A stretch of 50,100 bases of DNA from Chiloscyllium plagiosum. Lineage: Eukaryota. The DNA is taken from contig NC_057719.1 of assembly GCF_004010195.1 (NCBI RefSeq), positions 14,551,760 to 14,601,859 on the forward strand, in the 5' to 3' direction. Position numbers and translations under genes: made by a program. The notes under the pieces are model-generated. The model was not told the origin of the DNA, made no database searches, and was given only the letters and a program-made list of their open reading frames with translations. Below, piece by piece: positions 11,757-23,385 of the stretch. Positions within the stretch are counted from its first letter, which is position 1; each line of letters opens with the position of its first letter.

Positions 11757-11807
11757 AACCTACGTGAATCTGCACAGCTACTGCCTTTGCTGTTTGAGTT
11801 CAAGTAT

Positions 11808-12332
11808 TTGTATTGTGTGGAATTCTGGTCTCCTTCCTCTAGGAAGGATGTTGTGAAACTTGAAAGGGTTCAGAAAAGATCTACAAGGATGTTGCCAGGG
11901 TTGGAGGTTTGAGCTATAGGGAGAGGCTGAATAGGCTGGGGCTGTTTACCCTGGAGCATTGGAGGCTGAGGGTGAGACGTTTTACAAAATCATGAGGGGC
12001 ATGCATAGGGTAAATAGACAATATTTTCCCTGGGTTGGGAGAGTCCAGAATTAGAGGGCATAGGTTTCGGGTGAGAGCGAAAAGATTTAAAATAGGACCT
12101 AAGGGGGGGTGTGGTGCGTGTATGGAATGAACTGCCAGAGAAAGTGATGGAGGCTGGTACAATTACAACCTTTAAAAGACATCTGGACCTGTATATGAAT
12201 AGGAAGGGTTTAGAGGGATATGGGACAAGTACTGGCAAATGGGACTAGATTAATTTAGGATATCTGGCCAGCATGGACGAGTTGGACTGAAGGGTCTATT
12301 TCTGTGCTGTACATCTCTGTGACTCTATGACT
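11808..12332 (+). mobile_element. CR1 LINE 3' fragment
   Basis: YCVEFWSPSSRKDVVKLERVQKR. The 3' end is GGACTGAAGGGTCTATTTCTGTGCTGTA...GACTCTATGA. Confidence 0.93.
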
Positions 12333-12334
12333 TC

Positions 12335-12850
12335 ACTTATTACGTCCTGCCAATCAGAAAAGAGACTCATTTATGCATATTCCCTGTTTTCTGCCAGCCA
12401 GCCAATACAACCAGAAGATAAAACAATAGAGCGTAGAACAGGCCCTTTGGCTCTCGATGTTGGCGCCGACCTGTGAACTATTCTCACTACACCATCCCAT
12501 CATCATCCATCTGCTTATCCAAGGATTGTTTAAATCTCCATACTGTGGCTGAGTAAACTACATTGGCAGGTGGGGCATTCCACATCCTTACCACTCCATG
12601 TAATACCTGATACCGTGAGTTCAAACTTTGTGCAGTAACCTTTGATGTGGAACCTTGTCAAAGGTTTTCTGGCAATCGAAGTATAATATGTCTATAATTG
12701 CCCCTTTGTGCACAACGCAAGTTACACCTTCAAAGATTCCAGTAAACATTGGTTAAAGATAATTTCCCTTTCACGAAACCATGGTGACTTTTCCAATTAT
12801 TTGGAGTATTTCAAAATACCCAGTGGAAATCTCCTTAATGATCAGGGAGT
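12335..12850 (-). mobile_element. CR1 RT remnants with a nested CR1 3' fragment (about 12418-12600)
   Basis: ACCTTGTCAAAGGTTTTCTGG (a DFQKxFDKV-like motif on the minus strand), TTCACGAAACCATG (HGFV), and the tail AACAATAGAGCGTAGAACAGGCCC. Confidence 0.7.
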
Positions 12851-13589
12851 TTTTTTTTTATAGATTTGAGACTGAATCTGGTTTCGTATTAGGAACAAGT
12901 TATGCAGGTTCCTTTAGCTAGCAAAGAATAACAGCTTTATTTGAAATAAAGCTAAATGTGCATAGATTATTGCAAAGAAACGGTGCAAGCTGTGCCAAGA
13001 TAGGTATAACATATTCTAACAATCCAAACTTAACCTGAGGAAAATGTTAGAATACCCCACAGAACACATCAAACAACAACCAGGATTGATACAGACCCTA
13101 TGGGTTTCTCAGCAGTTCCTCAGAAGTTAGTGACACTGTGGGTGAGCAAATCTTGTTAAAATTTCAGGAGAGATTCTAATTGTCAACTTTTGATGATATG
13201 GCCTGGAAATTCTTTCAAAAACTACTGTCATACACTGTCTCAATGACTGCTCATGTTTTGGTGTTTCGCCCCCCCTCTCCTAGGTTTACGTTCCCAAGGA
13301 TTCTGGAAACTGCACTCTAGCACTGACTCACAAGCATATTTCACAAACTGCAAACTTCACCAAGTCAGTGCAATACTTGTTTCTCCAGCTATATTCCGGC
13401 TCAGTTACACAAAGTAAAATGCTGACTTACGGCTCTCCTTCTCCCTCATTCACTGAACTATCAGCGCTACACAGTTTCTCTCAGGTCCCCACAGCATTTA
13501 GGATGTTCCCTGAATGAATCTTCTGCCTCCTAGAACAAGAACCATCGCCAAACCCTAACCACCTGATGCCTAGAGGGGCTTCCAATACT

Positions 13590-13825
13590 TTGAGCCAGTG
13601 ACACTGAGGAACGGTGATATGTTCCTAAGTCAGAATAGTGTGTGGCTTGAATGATAATTTCCCATGTATCCTTCCCGGGAAGTGGTGAGTATTCCATCAC
13701 ACTCCTAACCTGTGCCTTGTAGATGGTGGACAGGCTTTGTGGAGTCAGAAGATGACTTAGTCACTGCAGGTTACCAAGCCTCTGACCTGCTCTTTTAGCT
13801 ACAGTACTTGTATGGCTAGTCCAAG
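13590..13825 (-). mobile_element. Fragment of the second LINE family (the SINE partner, see 18580-20740)
   Basis: GTATTCCATCACACTCCT..CTGTGCCTTGTAGATGGTGGACAGG..CCAAGCCTCTGACCTGCTCTT. The reverse complement resembles 19660-19680 and 20340-20400. Confidence 0.6.
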
Positions 13826-13844
13826 GCACAACCTTCAGGGTGAA

Positions 13845-13990
13845 GGGCCGCACTTTAGAATTGAGATGAGGAGATATTTCTTCAGTAATGAGGGTGGTCA
13901 ATCTGTGGAACCCATTTCTGCAGAAAGCTGTGGAGGCCACGTCATTGAGTGTATTTAAGATGGAGATTGATTAGTAAGGATCAAGGGTTT
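13845..13990 (+). mobile_element. CR1 3'-region fragment
   Basis: GAGATGAGGAGATATTTCTTC...AGGGTGGTCAATCTGTGGAA...GCTGTGGAGGCC. Confidence 0.75.
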
Positions 13991-13991
13991 T

Positions 13992-14235
13992 GTGGTTCTG
14001 GAGTCACGTGTACATAAAACAAGTTAAGGATGGCAGATTTCTTTCCTTAAAGGGCATCAGTGAACCTCGTAGATTTTTATAGCAATCAACAATAGTTGCA
14101 CTTCTCTACTTTCTAATTCTAGATTTTTATTGAATTCAAATTTCACCATCAGCCATGGTGGAACACAAATGCAAGTGCCCAGAACATCAGCCTGGGGTTC
14201 TGGATTACTGGTCCACTGACATTTCCACTACATTA
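13992..14235 (-). mobile_element. Shark SINE, family 2 (non-HE1), partial
   Basis: CTGGAGTCACGTGTA...AAGGATGGCAGATTT...TTGAATTCAAATTTCACCATCAGCCATGG, homologous to 19140-19475 and 38730-39240. Confidence 0.8.
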
Positions 14236-14259
14236 TCCAAATCTAGATCTCCACAAGTA

Positions 14260-15155
14260 AAAGTGTGGTTACAAAAGCATTTAGCATGTTTGCCTTCATT
14301 GCTCAGACTTTGAGAATAGGAGTTTGGAGGTCATTTTGAAGTTGTACAAGACATTAGTGAGACCTCTTCTGGAGTATTCTATCCAGTTCTGGTCCCCCTG
14401 CTATAGGAAGGGAATGATGGTTCACTGGTTAGCATTGCTGCCTCGCAACACCAGGGATCCAGGTTTGATTCCCACATTGGCCAGGTGTCTGTGTGAAGCT
14501 TGCAAATTCCCCCTATGTCTGCGTGGGTTTCCTCCCACAATCCAAAGATGTGCAGGTTAGGTGAATTAGCTGTGCTAAATTGCCCACAATATTCAGGGAT
14601 GTGTAGGTTAGGCACATAATTTCGAGGGAAATGGGTCTGGGTGGGTTGCTCTTCAGAGGGTCGGTGTGGCCTATTTCCACACCGTGGGGATTCTATAGTC
14701 TTGGAAGGGTTTTCTTAAATTGAGAGGGTTCAGAAAAGATTTACCAGAATGTCGCTGGGACTGGTGAGTTTGAGTTATAAAGATAGGCTGGGATTTTCTT
14801 CAACCAAGTGTAGGAGATGGAAGGGTGACCCGATAGAGGTTTACAAAATCATGACCGGCTTAGACAAGGTGAATAGCAAGGGTCTTTTCCTTAGGGTGGG
14901 GGAATTCAAAGCTAGGGTCATATTTTTAAGGTGAGAGGAGAAAGTTTTAAAAAGAACACGTGGGGCAACTTTTGAATGTAGAGAGTGTGTAGAATAATCT
15001 GCCAGAGGATGTGGTTAACGCAAGATGTAAAAGACATTTGGACAGGTAAGGTTTGGAGGGATATGGGCCAAATGGAGACAAGTGGGACTTCTTTCGTTTA
15101 GGAACATGGTTGGTGTGGGCTAGTTGAACCGAAGGCTCTGTTTCCATGACTTCTA
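14260..15155 (+). mobile_element. CR1 3' fragment, interrupted by HE1
   Basis: LKLYKTLVRPLLEYSIQFWSPCYRK continues after the SINE as LxRVQKRFTRM, followed by a CR1 3' end. Confidence 0.88.
14415..14700 (+). mobile_element. HE1-type SINE
   Basis: TGGTTCACTGGTTAGCATTGCTGCCTCGCAACACCAGGGATCCAGGTTTGATTCCC...GTGAATTAGCTGTGCTAAATTGCCC. Confidence 0.88.
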
Positions 15156-15612
15156 AACATTTGCCAGCCAAGCTGATGGAAACGATCTAAATCTATAACA
15201 ATATATCATACAGTGAATACAATTAATTTGCAATATTTCATTCTAGCTTCATTTACGCTTTTTCAAAACCAAAATGGCTTTTAAACTATGAAATTAAAGT
15301 GTAGATTTTAAGGCTGTGCTGTTCACTACACATCAACTACACATGAAAAATGGCAATTTGTTTATGTTTGTTTACAACTTATAAATATATTTGCTCAGAT
15401 AGCTCTTTTTTTCTGTTTTAAGTCCTGTGTGTTTTGATCTCCTAAATATCAAGCATTGTTTCCGTTTCTGTGTCCAGTTGGTTTTAAGACAAGTATGTTA
15501 ATTTCTGGAATAATACTCCCAACATGTGTGCCAGATTCATTTCCAGCCTCAAGCAGAGTTACAGAAAAAGCACATTGAGGGTGGAACCTGACCTGAATTC
15601 CCAAACTTTAAC

Positions 15613-15813
15613 GAGGCGAAAGTGAGGACTGCAGATGCTGGAGATCAGAGTCGAGATTAAAGTGGTGCTGGAAAAGCGTAGCAGGTCAGGCAGCATCTGA
15701 GCAGCAGGGAAATCGACGTTTCGGGCAAAAGCTTTTGCCTGAAACGTTGATTTTCCTGCTCCTCAGATGCTTCCTGCCCTGTTGTGCTTTTCCAGCACCA
15801 CTCTAATCCAGAC
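15613..15813 (-). mobile_element. Fold-back PLE-terminus mini-element, family B, with 15-bp TSD
   Basis: Arms of about 83 bp (15649-15731 and 15732-15814) meet inside hammerhead stem II (GGCAAAAG|CTTTTGCC). A 36-nt tail lies at 15613-15648. TSD: TTCCCAAACTTTAAC (15598-15612) and TTCCCAAATTTTAAC (15814-15828). Confidence 0.92.
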
Positions 15814-17609
15814 TTCCCAAATTTTAACCCAGGACAAGCCTTCATAACAGGGGATACCTTGCTAGTAACAATGATCCCAGTATCCGAGGGGCAAGAAGGC
15901 TGACTGGGTTGAGAAACATATCAGCCATGATCAAATCGTGGAACAGACTTGACAGGCTGAGTGGCTTAATTCTACATCATTTAACATTACTTTCATAAAC
16001 ATGTATTTCTCAACACACAAAATTGACTACATTTCAAAAGTCCTTAATTAACTGGAAGCCAAATCTTTAGATGACATTGTTTTGCTTTCAGCTGGAATTA
16101 TGTGTCCGAAGTGTCCAAAATAATTAATGGTTTTAATGGAGCAAATAATGGCTGCGCTCCAAAAATATTGGAATGACATTGAATGAGGCATTCATGCCCG
16201 ATAAGAATGGAGTGTTTTTAAAATGTTTGCCCTGTTAAACTTGTGCCCTATCAACATGTAATCCAGTTCTGAGCACCAGGTTGACACTGCATGAGGCACA
16301 TGTATCTGGTGAGAGTCGAGAGAATTTAAACTGTTAGAATATAGTGGTGAAAGCAGAATCTATAATTGCTTTTAAAAACAAGGCAGATGAATGTTTAAAG
16401 AAGAGAAAATTGATTCTGTATGAAGAATAAACGGGGATAGGACTAAGCATACACTTCTTTCAGGTAATTGGCATCAGCATGATAGACTTATAGCTTCCTG
16501 TACAGTGGAAATTATGCAACTTCGCTGGGCTCAAGTTATATACAAAACAGTACAGAATCAACTTGCAATGTTATAGCAATAAAGTTATTCGGGCATTTAA
16601 ACAAACGAGTAATAGCATGATATGGTGTAGTATATAGTGCAGAAATAGTGTTCTGAAAAATTGCCAAATTAGTTTAAAGTAAGCATTTCCAAACAGTGTG
16701 CAAGTGGTTGAGCTGTAAAGCACATCTGTGGCACAGATTTTCCGTTGACCTCCTACTGAAAGACAGCACTAGACTGTAGACATCACAAGCATGTTAAATA
16801 TCCCACATAAGATGGATGTTGCCTTTTTGTCACAGAGCCATCTCTTGGAATCCTGCTTGTTTCTTTGATTTGTTGCTTTCTGCTATATGCTTTAAAAGAA
16901 ATAAATATACTTCTACAGTACTACATTCGGCAGAACAAGTTCCTGAAGCCCAATAACTGTGAGCAAATTTGTTAAGTTATGGCAATTACATTAAATCCAC
17001 AATAATTCAAAGATTCAAAATCTTAAATATGAATGTCTTATTTTGTTTGGAAGGTTAATTTATTCTCAGTACCAGAATGATCTTCCCTATTTTAATCCTA
17101 CAATACAAGCAAATAAATATGTTTAGAAGCTGACTCTATCTCTTTAAGTGCTTTTTTATTAAAGTCTAAGATTTGTGCATACCAGCGGTGATTTTAATTG
17201 CAAATCCGAAAATCTCGGCAGTTGGGAGCCTCAAAGTCTGTGTTTCATCTGGACAGGACTCTATCCTGACCTTCTTTTATGGCTTCTAACATATTTTGCT
17301 GCTACACCCCCCCCCCCTCCCCCCACCTCCAAAAGTAGGCAATATCTGCCATGTGAAAGCATGTGCTTATGAGAAGTAATATAACTTGACTGACTGGCAC
17401 ACTCAGAAATCATACCCATGTTATACCATTTATCAAAAGCGCTCTATAAAGTTGTGATTTTTTTTGCCACACTGTGCAGAAACATAACAGTGCTATCTCT
17501 CCTGCCAATTAGTGTTTTTTCAATCATTTACCATTCAGTAGCCATAATGTAATCAGACCTGGTGTAATGTTAGCCTACCTGTATTTTTGAAAGTTTATCA
17601 CCTCTCCTG

Positions 17610-17945
17610 AGTTTTCAGGAATCACTGGAGTCAGGAAGGGTGTCAAAGGACTAGAAAACAGCCAATGCAACATTCGTGTTCAAGAGGCAGGGAGGCGGAA
17701 GACGGGGAACTATAGGCTGGCTAGCCTTCCTCTTGTCATTGATAAGATTTTAGAGTCCTTAGATTATGGAGAACTTGGAACTCCATGGAAAATTAGGGTG
17801 CAATCAGCACACAGTTTCATCAAAACAAGATCATGCTTGACAAATCTGTTAGACTTCTTTGAGAAGGTAACGAACCAGTTAGACAAAGGATAGCCATTGA
17901 ATATGATCTGGATTTCCAGAAGGCCTAGGACAAGTTGCCATACAG
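17610..17945 (+). mobile_element. CR1 RT fragment
   Basis: Degenerate GNYRLASL, CLTNLLDFFEKVT and DFQKA motifs. Confidence 0.85.
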
Positions 17946-19139
17946 GAGTGTTTGACTAGTTCAAAATATAGTGCTTTTATTACATTGAGACAACAAGTTT
18001 TTCGCCGAATGTTAGTACTTATCCCTTTTCAGCCCTTCACATTGCAAACACCATCTCTCAGTGAATGGCTAAGCAGCACACCTAATCAGGGGCATATTTA
18101 TATTTGAATGAAACCTTGAGTTTCGATGAATGGCTCATTTCTAAAATGAAATCCATGAAATAATTTGGATTTGTATGTTGAATTTGGAACACATGTAGTT
18201 TATATAACTCAAGTTGTTTTGAGGTGAAAGCTAAGTCAAACATAATTTTGTCTGTGTTCCTAACATATATGGAAACCAATCAGTACGGTAAAGGGGCTTG
18301 AGTTAAATTACTGAAATAGTTATATTGGCATATTTTCTGGGTGTCCAGTGGAGAGTACATGTCCTCCTGCCTTCAGAAAAGCTACTGTTTTCTTAAGTTC
18401 AGAGAATTCTATCACAGGTTGGCAGACCTAAGGCTTCAGGACCATCATGTGGGATCAGGGATGCTGCTGAGGTTTCCCTATGGTAAATCTTCACACAATA
18501 CCAGAAAAAAGCATAGAGAAGTCTCTGAATGCTTATTCAGCTGTGACCATAGGATTGCAGCAAAGTTTGGAGCCAATTGGAAACTTGACAGCACTGGCAT
18601 CTGTGCAATAATGTGGAAAATTGCCCAGGTATGTCCTGTTCACTAAAAGCAAGACAAACTTAAGTCTGGCCAATTATCACCTCAGCAGTATATTCTCAAT
18701 CATCCGCAACGTGATGAGAGTATTGTTGAAAATTCTATTAAGTAGCACTTACACAGCATTAACTAACTCACTGAAGCTCATTTTGAGCTTTGCCAGGACC
18801 ACTCTGCTCCAGATCTCCATGGTCCGAATATGAAAGAGCTGAATTCCATAAGTGAGGTTAAGAGTGACCGCCCTTGACATTCTGGCTGTATTTGGCATCA
18901 AGGCATGCAAGGTGTTGATGAGAGTCAAAGGAAAGTTCTCTATTGGAGTCCTGCCTAGCATAAAGAGGGATGATTGCGATGGATGAAAACTGATTATCTC
19001 CGTCTGAGGTCATTGTTGCAAGGTTCCTCAAGGCAATGTCCAAGGCCTTCGCCACTGAACGTTACTCCAACATAAGGTTAGAGGTGGGGATGTTAGTTGA
19101 TAATCTCCCATTGTTCATGGCTCTCCAGATACTGAGGAA

Positions 19140-19475
19140 GTTCATGTTTTTATTTATTCATGGAATGTGTGCATTGCTGGACAAGCCAGCATTAATTGCC
19201 TATTACCTAATTGCCCAGAGAGCAGTTAACACACTGTTATGGGTCTGGAGTCGCAAGTAGAACAGTTTCTTTCTCTAAAGGACATCAGTGAACCAGATGG
19301 GTTTTCCTGACAATTGACAATGGTTACATGGTGATTATCAGACTCTTAATCTCAGATTTCTTTCATTGAATTCAAATTCCACCTTCTGTCATCGATTCAA
19401 ACCTAAGTCTCCAGAACATTACCTGGGTCTCTGGATTAGTAGTCTAGTGATAAACCACGAGGACATCAGCTCCCC
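19140..19475 (-). mobile_element. Shark SINE, family 2
   Basis: TTTATTCATGGAATGTG..GCTGGACAAGCCAGCATTAATTGCC..TAATTGCCC..GGTCTGGAGTC..GAACCAGATGGGTTTTCC..GAATTCAAATTCCACC. Confidence 0.85.
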
Positions 19476-19699
19476 TTTGTATACATCCAAGACCCTGGAC
19501 AATATTCAGGTTGGAGCTGAAAAATGGCAAGTAACAATCGTACCACATAAGTGTTAGGCAATAATTATCGCCAACAAACTCTAATTATCGCACTTTGACA
19601 TTCCACAATCACTCTTTGACTAGAAACTTAACTGGATCGACCTCCTAAATACAGAGACTACAATAGCAGGTCAGAGGAAGGGTGGATAATCACATGATC

Positions 19700-20330
19700 A
19701 GCTGTTCACAATGCTCTACATCAAGCGCTGACTGAGTGACAGCTTTGGGGAACACTCGTGTCTGTCTGCAAAAATGACCTAAGTGTCTGGTTGATTGCCA
19801 CTTCAACACACCATCTTGTTCCCTGGCCAAAACATTAGCCTTGGATTTGCTGCAGTGCTCCACTCCAAGCTGGAAGAACAGCACCTCATTTTCCACTTGG
19901 GGACACTGCAGCCTTCGGAACTTTGTATCAAGTTCAATAATTTTAGGGCCTGAACACCTTCTTCCATGTCCTTTAGCCAACCCCTTCCCCTCATCCCAGG
20001 CCTTGTCATGACCTGGGCTTCCTTTAGCACAGCCGATCTATTTTCAACTACTTATGGCCCACATTAGGAACTCCTCTTTCTCCCTGGCTTACCAATAGAC
20101 ATCCCTTTGTCTGCCAAACTGTTTTTCTCTCCTTCTAGACTTCACCTCTACCTATCACTTACTCCTTTAGCCCACCCACCCACTCCCCCTTCCTGCCCCA
20201 CCACCACCTTTTGCTAACCTTCATTGATTCTGAAGAAGGGTCACTGGGCCCAAAGTGTTAATTTTGCTTTCTGTCCACAGATGCTGCCAAACCTGCTAAG
20301 TTTTTTTAGCAGTTTATGTTCTTGCTTTGG
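19700..20330 (+). mobile_element. Penelope-like element 3' fragment (GIY-YIG C-terminus, 3'UTR, degenerate family D hammerhead)
   Basis: F.EH, CHFNT and KLEEQHLIFHLGTLQPS...KFNNFRA*. At 20230-20260 the sequence is CTGAAGA-A-GGGTC-actg-GGCCC-AAAG-TGTT. Confidence 0.88.
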
Positions 20331-21254
20331 GTAATCACATCCTGGCTCCCCGAAATATCTAAAAAGTACAAATCAGGAATACTCTCTACTTCCACTGATG
20401 TAACAATCCATTGACACTTGATCAATTTGCCATGTTCTTCAACTGCACCTTGAACCTAAAATCTCTGTCACCCAGAGGGATAAGGGTAGCAGCTGAATGG
20501 AATTGTTGCTACCTGCAAGTTCACATTGAAGCTATATACCATCCTGACTTGGAGTCATATCCCCAGTCCTTCCTTGTTGTTAGCTCAAAAGCTTGCAACT
20601 CTTTGCCTAATAGCACTGTACACTACTTGGATTTGAGTACTTCAAGAGGGTAGTTTACCTTCACAAAGGAAGTCAGGGCTAGGCAATCAAAGTTGGCCTT
20701 TGCAATGATGCTCACATCCCATGGGCAAAGAAAAATTTTAGTGACAGGTCTATCTTTCCAGGTTCTTTTCACAAACTAGCCTGGTCAATCATTAATATTG
20801 CCCTAGAGTACAACAGGCCTGTCTGGTGCATGTATCGTATTACCAAGTCTGTTAAAGGATTAACTTTGTTCTGAATTTCCATTAGCAGGCGTGTCTTTCT
20901 GAAGCCACGTCAACCTTAAAGATACCCTGCTCAAAACAATAAAGAATACTTAAAAGCCAGATTAGTAGCAATGCTGCAAGTTCAGTAATGGTTAGACCTC
21001 CTTAAATGTGAGTTGTATTTAAATGTTGAATATAAAATCGAATAAACTCCACTTCTATTTCTTTTTGAAAGCTGTTTCCTCCATCCTTACATTCTTTTTC
21101 GCTTTGCTGTATTACATGCCAAGGCAAAGAACCAGTCAAAAGAGTTAGCAGGGACAACGTTTACAGATTTATCAATCTGCTGTAACACTGAAGTGCAGGA
21201 ACAAGAGAGTAATAAATGACCATGCATTCCACACATCAAACCTTCAGTGAAGCA

Positions 21255-21625
21255 GCACTTCAGGCAGATCTTAAAGGCCTCATGCCACTATTTGAGGAAG
21301 AGTAGAAAACTGAGGGATTGGCTCACTCCAGAGTGTTAGCATATGGTTCCGAGTAACACCAATGGCTTTGGCTCCTGTTCTGACTGAGGTGGCTTTGGGA
21401 CTTGTCACCTTCCCCTATCTCTGAGGCTGGCAGGCATTGGCAGTACACCACTGACAGAAACTGCCACAAGAAAAACTGAGGTTGAATCAGCAGTGAGCCC
21501 AGGATTAAGTATGACAAATTCTGTCAGTGCCCAGGCCAAAATTTCCTCCTCACTCAACATGAACAAAAAGCAATGAATAGGTCATTCATCACATTACTGT
21601 TTGTGGGAATGTATATAAAAATGCC
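21255..21625 (+). mobile_element. Old DeuSINE-like (SacSINE1/AmnSINE1-type) remnant, apparently split by an unclassified insert (about 21310-21525)
   Basis: TAAAGGCCTCATGCCACTATTTGAGGAAGAGTAG and CCAGGCCAAAATTT..CTCAACAT..GGTCATT..CACATTACTGTTTGTGGGA resemble my recollection of the Deu-domain SINE body. Confidence 0.5.
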
Positions 21626-21949
21626 ATTGTATTGCTGTTAAAATTAAACAATGATACTGCATGTTGCATATGAGTGATATGGCAGAGCATTTCAGAAGCG
21701 CAAGTGCTTTTTAAGTCATTTCACAATGCACACCAGAGAAAGCATGAAAGTGAACTGATTTAAGATCCTACAAGTGTTTTCCTTCTCATTGGAAAAAGCA
21801 TTAGTTAGTCTCTGAAAACTCATCTGATAGAACAACGAGGATAGTAAATTCACAGCAAGGGGAGTCACAGGGATAAAACTACATCTTACTTATTAGTACT
21901 GTACCTTCACTGTATAATATTGTGCTGAATTATGAGTTAGGAACAAAAG

Positions 21950-22187
21950 ATGTACAGAGAGTGGTGAGCCTATAGAATTTTCTGCCACAGGAAACTGTTG
22001 AAGCCAAAACATTGAATGCTTTCAAGAGGGGGTTACACGTACGTCTTAGGGCTTAAGGGATGAAAGAGTATGGGGAGAAAGCAGGGAGTGGGTTCTAAGT
22101 TGGATAATCAGCCATGATCATAATGAACAGTAGAGTGGAAACTCAGGGCCAAAAGGCCTACTGCTGCTGCTCTATTCCATGTTTCTA
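21950..22187 (+). mobile_element. CR1 3' end
   Basis: CAGAGAGTGGTGAGCCT..CAGCCATGATC..GGCCTACTGCTGCT..TTCCATGTTTCTATG. Confidence 0.85.
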
Positions 22188-22314
22188 TGATGTGAAGGTG
22201 CCGGTGTTGGCCTGGGATGGACAAAGTTAAAAATCACATGAAGGAGCAGTGCTCTGAAAGCTAGTGCTTCCAAATAAACCTGTTGGACTATAACCTGGTG
22301 TTGTGTGATTTTTA
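22188..22314. mobile_element. Asymmetric fold-back PLE-terminus mini-element, family A
   Basis: A 38-nt tail (22188-22225) and short arm GTTAAAAATCACA precede an opposite-orientation copy that starts within the hammerhead (TGAAGGAGCAGTGCTCTGAAAGCTAGTG). Probable TSD: TCCATGTTTCTA and TCTATATTTCTA. Confidence 0.8.
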
Positions 22315-22459
22315 TCTATATTTCTAGACAACTTGCTTAGTTTGTTTCTGCTACAACATGTATTAAAATTTAATTAACTTTTTTTTATTATTCATTCATG
22401 CGACATGGCTGTGTCAGTATTTATTGCCTGTCCCCAGTTGCCCTGGAGACGGTGATTCA

Positions 22460-22640
22460 GGAGAAATGTTAGGAAGTACCTTTACACAGAAAGGGTGGTA
22501 GAGGTTTGGAACTCTCTTCGAAATAGCAGTGGATGCCAGATCAGTTGTCAATCTTAAATCTGAGGGAGATAGATTTTTGATAAGCAAAGGTATTAAGGGA
22601 CATGGGCCAAATGCAAGTATATGGAGTTAGGCTTACAAAC
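22460..22640 (+). mobile_element. CR1 3'-region fragment
   Basis: ACACAGAAAGGGTGGTAGAGGTTTGGAACTCTCTT..GATAGATTTTTGATAAGCAAAGGTATTAAGGG. Confidence 0.75.
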
Positions 22641-23144
22641 AGGAATATCAACAAACTAAACAGATCTTTGTGAGATCTGCCTGCCATTGCTGAAGAGCAG
22701 AAGTAGTATGGAAACGTGAAGAGGTGGCTCAGAGAATTGACAAGCTCAAAGGTGAGCTGAAGCATTTGAGTGGTAAGCACATTGCTGTTGGTGAGTGATG
22801 GGCATTTGGAGCATTGAGCAGCGGGAAATGTTACCGAAGAACATTCTTTGACAATACATTAATTGGCATTGCTCACATCAAAGAGGTCATTGAGCCTTTT
22901 CCAGAATAGCAGCCAGGTCCTCAGGGCCAGACATCAGGAATTAAGTTCCATGGTCATTTATTCCCATTCTGTTGTAAGGGTGCACTTATTGGCTATATCT
23001 CCCTCCCCTTCGCTCCATCTCCATCACTTAGTCTGCCTCCAGAAATATATTAACCTTTCCTCTATTCTGCTGCTCCATTAAAAGTCCTCTGCCATCCAAC
23101 AAAGCCTTTCAGCGGCTATTGCCAGCTGCTATTGTACTATCTTT

Positions 23145-23385
23145 GTAATTTTCTCGTGAGACATGAGCATCACTGTCTAGCCAGCATTTATCACCCGTCT
23201 CTAGTTGCCATTGAGAAGGTGGTGGTGAGCTGCTTTCTTGAAGTGCTTCAGTCCACCCTGTAGGTCGACACACATTGACTGCCCTTATTGACGGAATGCC
23301 ATGATTGTGACTCTGCAACAGTGAAGAAACAGAGATATACTTCCATGTCAGGCTGGCGAGTGACTTGCAGGGGAACTTGTCTACT
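23145..23385 (-). mobile_element. 3' end of the second LINE family
   Basis: GCCAGCATTTATCACCCGTCTCTAGTTGCCATTGAGAAGGTGGTGGTGAGC. Related short tails lie at about 22385-22455, 33900-34055 and 35170-35260. Confidence 0.75.

Larger units (their letters stand above)
18580..20740 (+). mobile_element. Decayed CR1/L2-group LINE (second family), RT to 3' end, interrupted by SINE family 2 and a PLE
   Basis: MWKIAQVCPVH.K..K..LANY, a TALDI motif and a VPQG remnant. The 3' end is AGGGCTAGGCAATCAAAGTTGGCC...ATGCTCACATCCCATG. Confidence 0.8.

Noticed and set aside
11631..11912. Arg/Glu-rich ORFs
   Set aside because: They are translations of a (GA)n microsatellite running into CR1.
15613..15813. Fold-back inserts as DNA-transposon MITEs or miRNA genes
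   Set aside because: The arms are asymmetric with a tail, arm lengths vary, TSDs vary from 10 to 16 bp, and single-arm copies and PLE-linked copies exist. This fits retrotransposition better than cut-and-paste. There is no evidence for miRNA processing.
16905..16970. Possible small exon (YYIRQNKFLKPNN on +; alternatives on -), and similarly 23850-23910 (-)
   Set aside because: Splice signals are weak or ambiguous on both strands and the peptides are not recognised; indistinguishable from chance.
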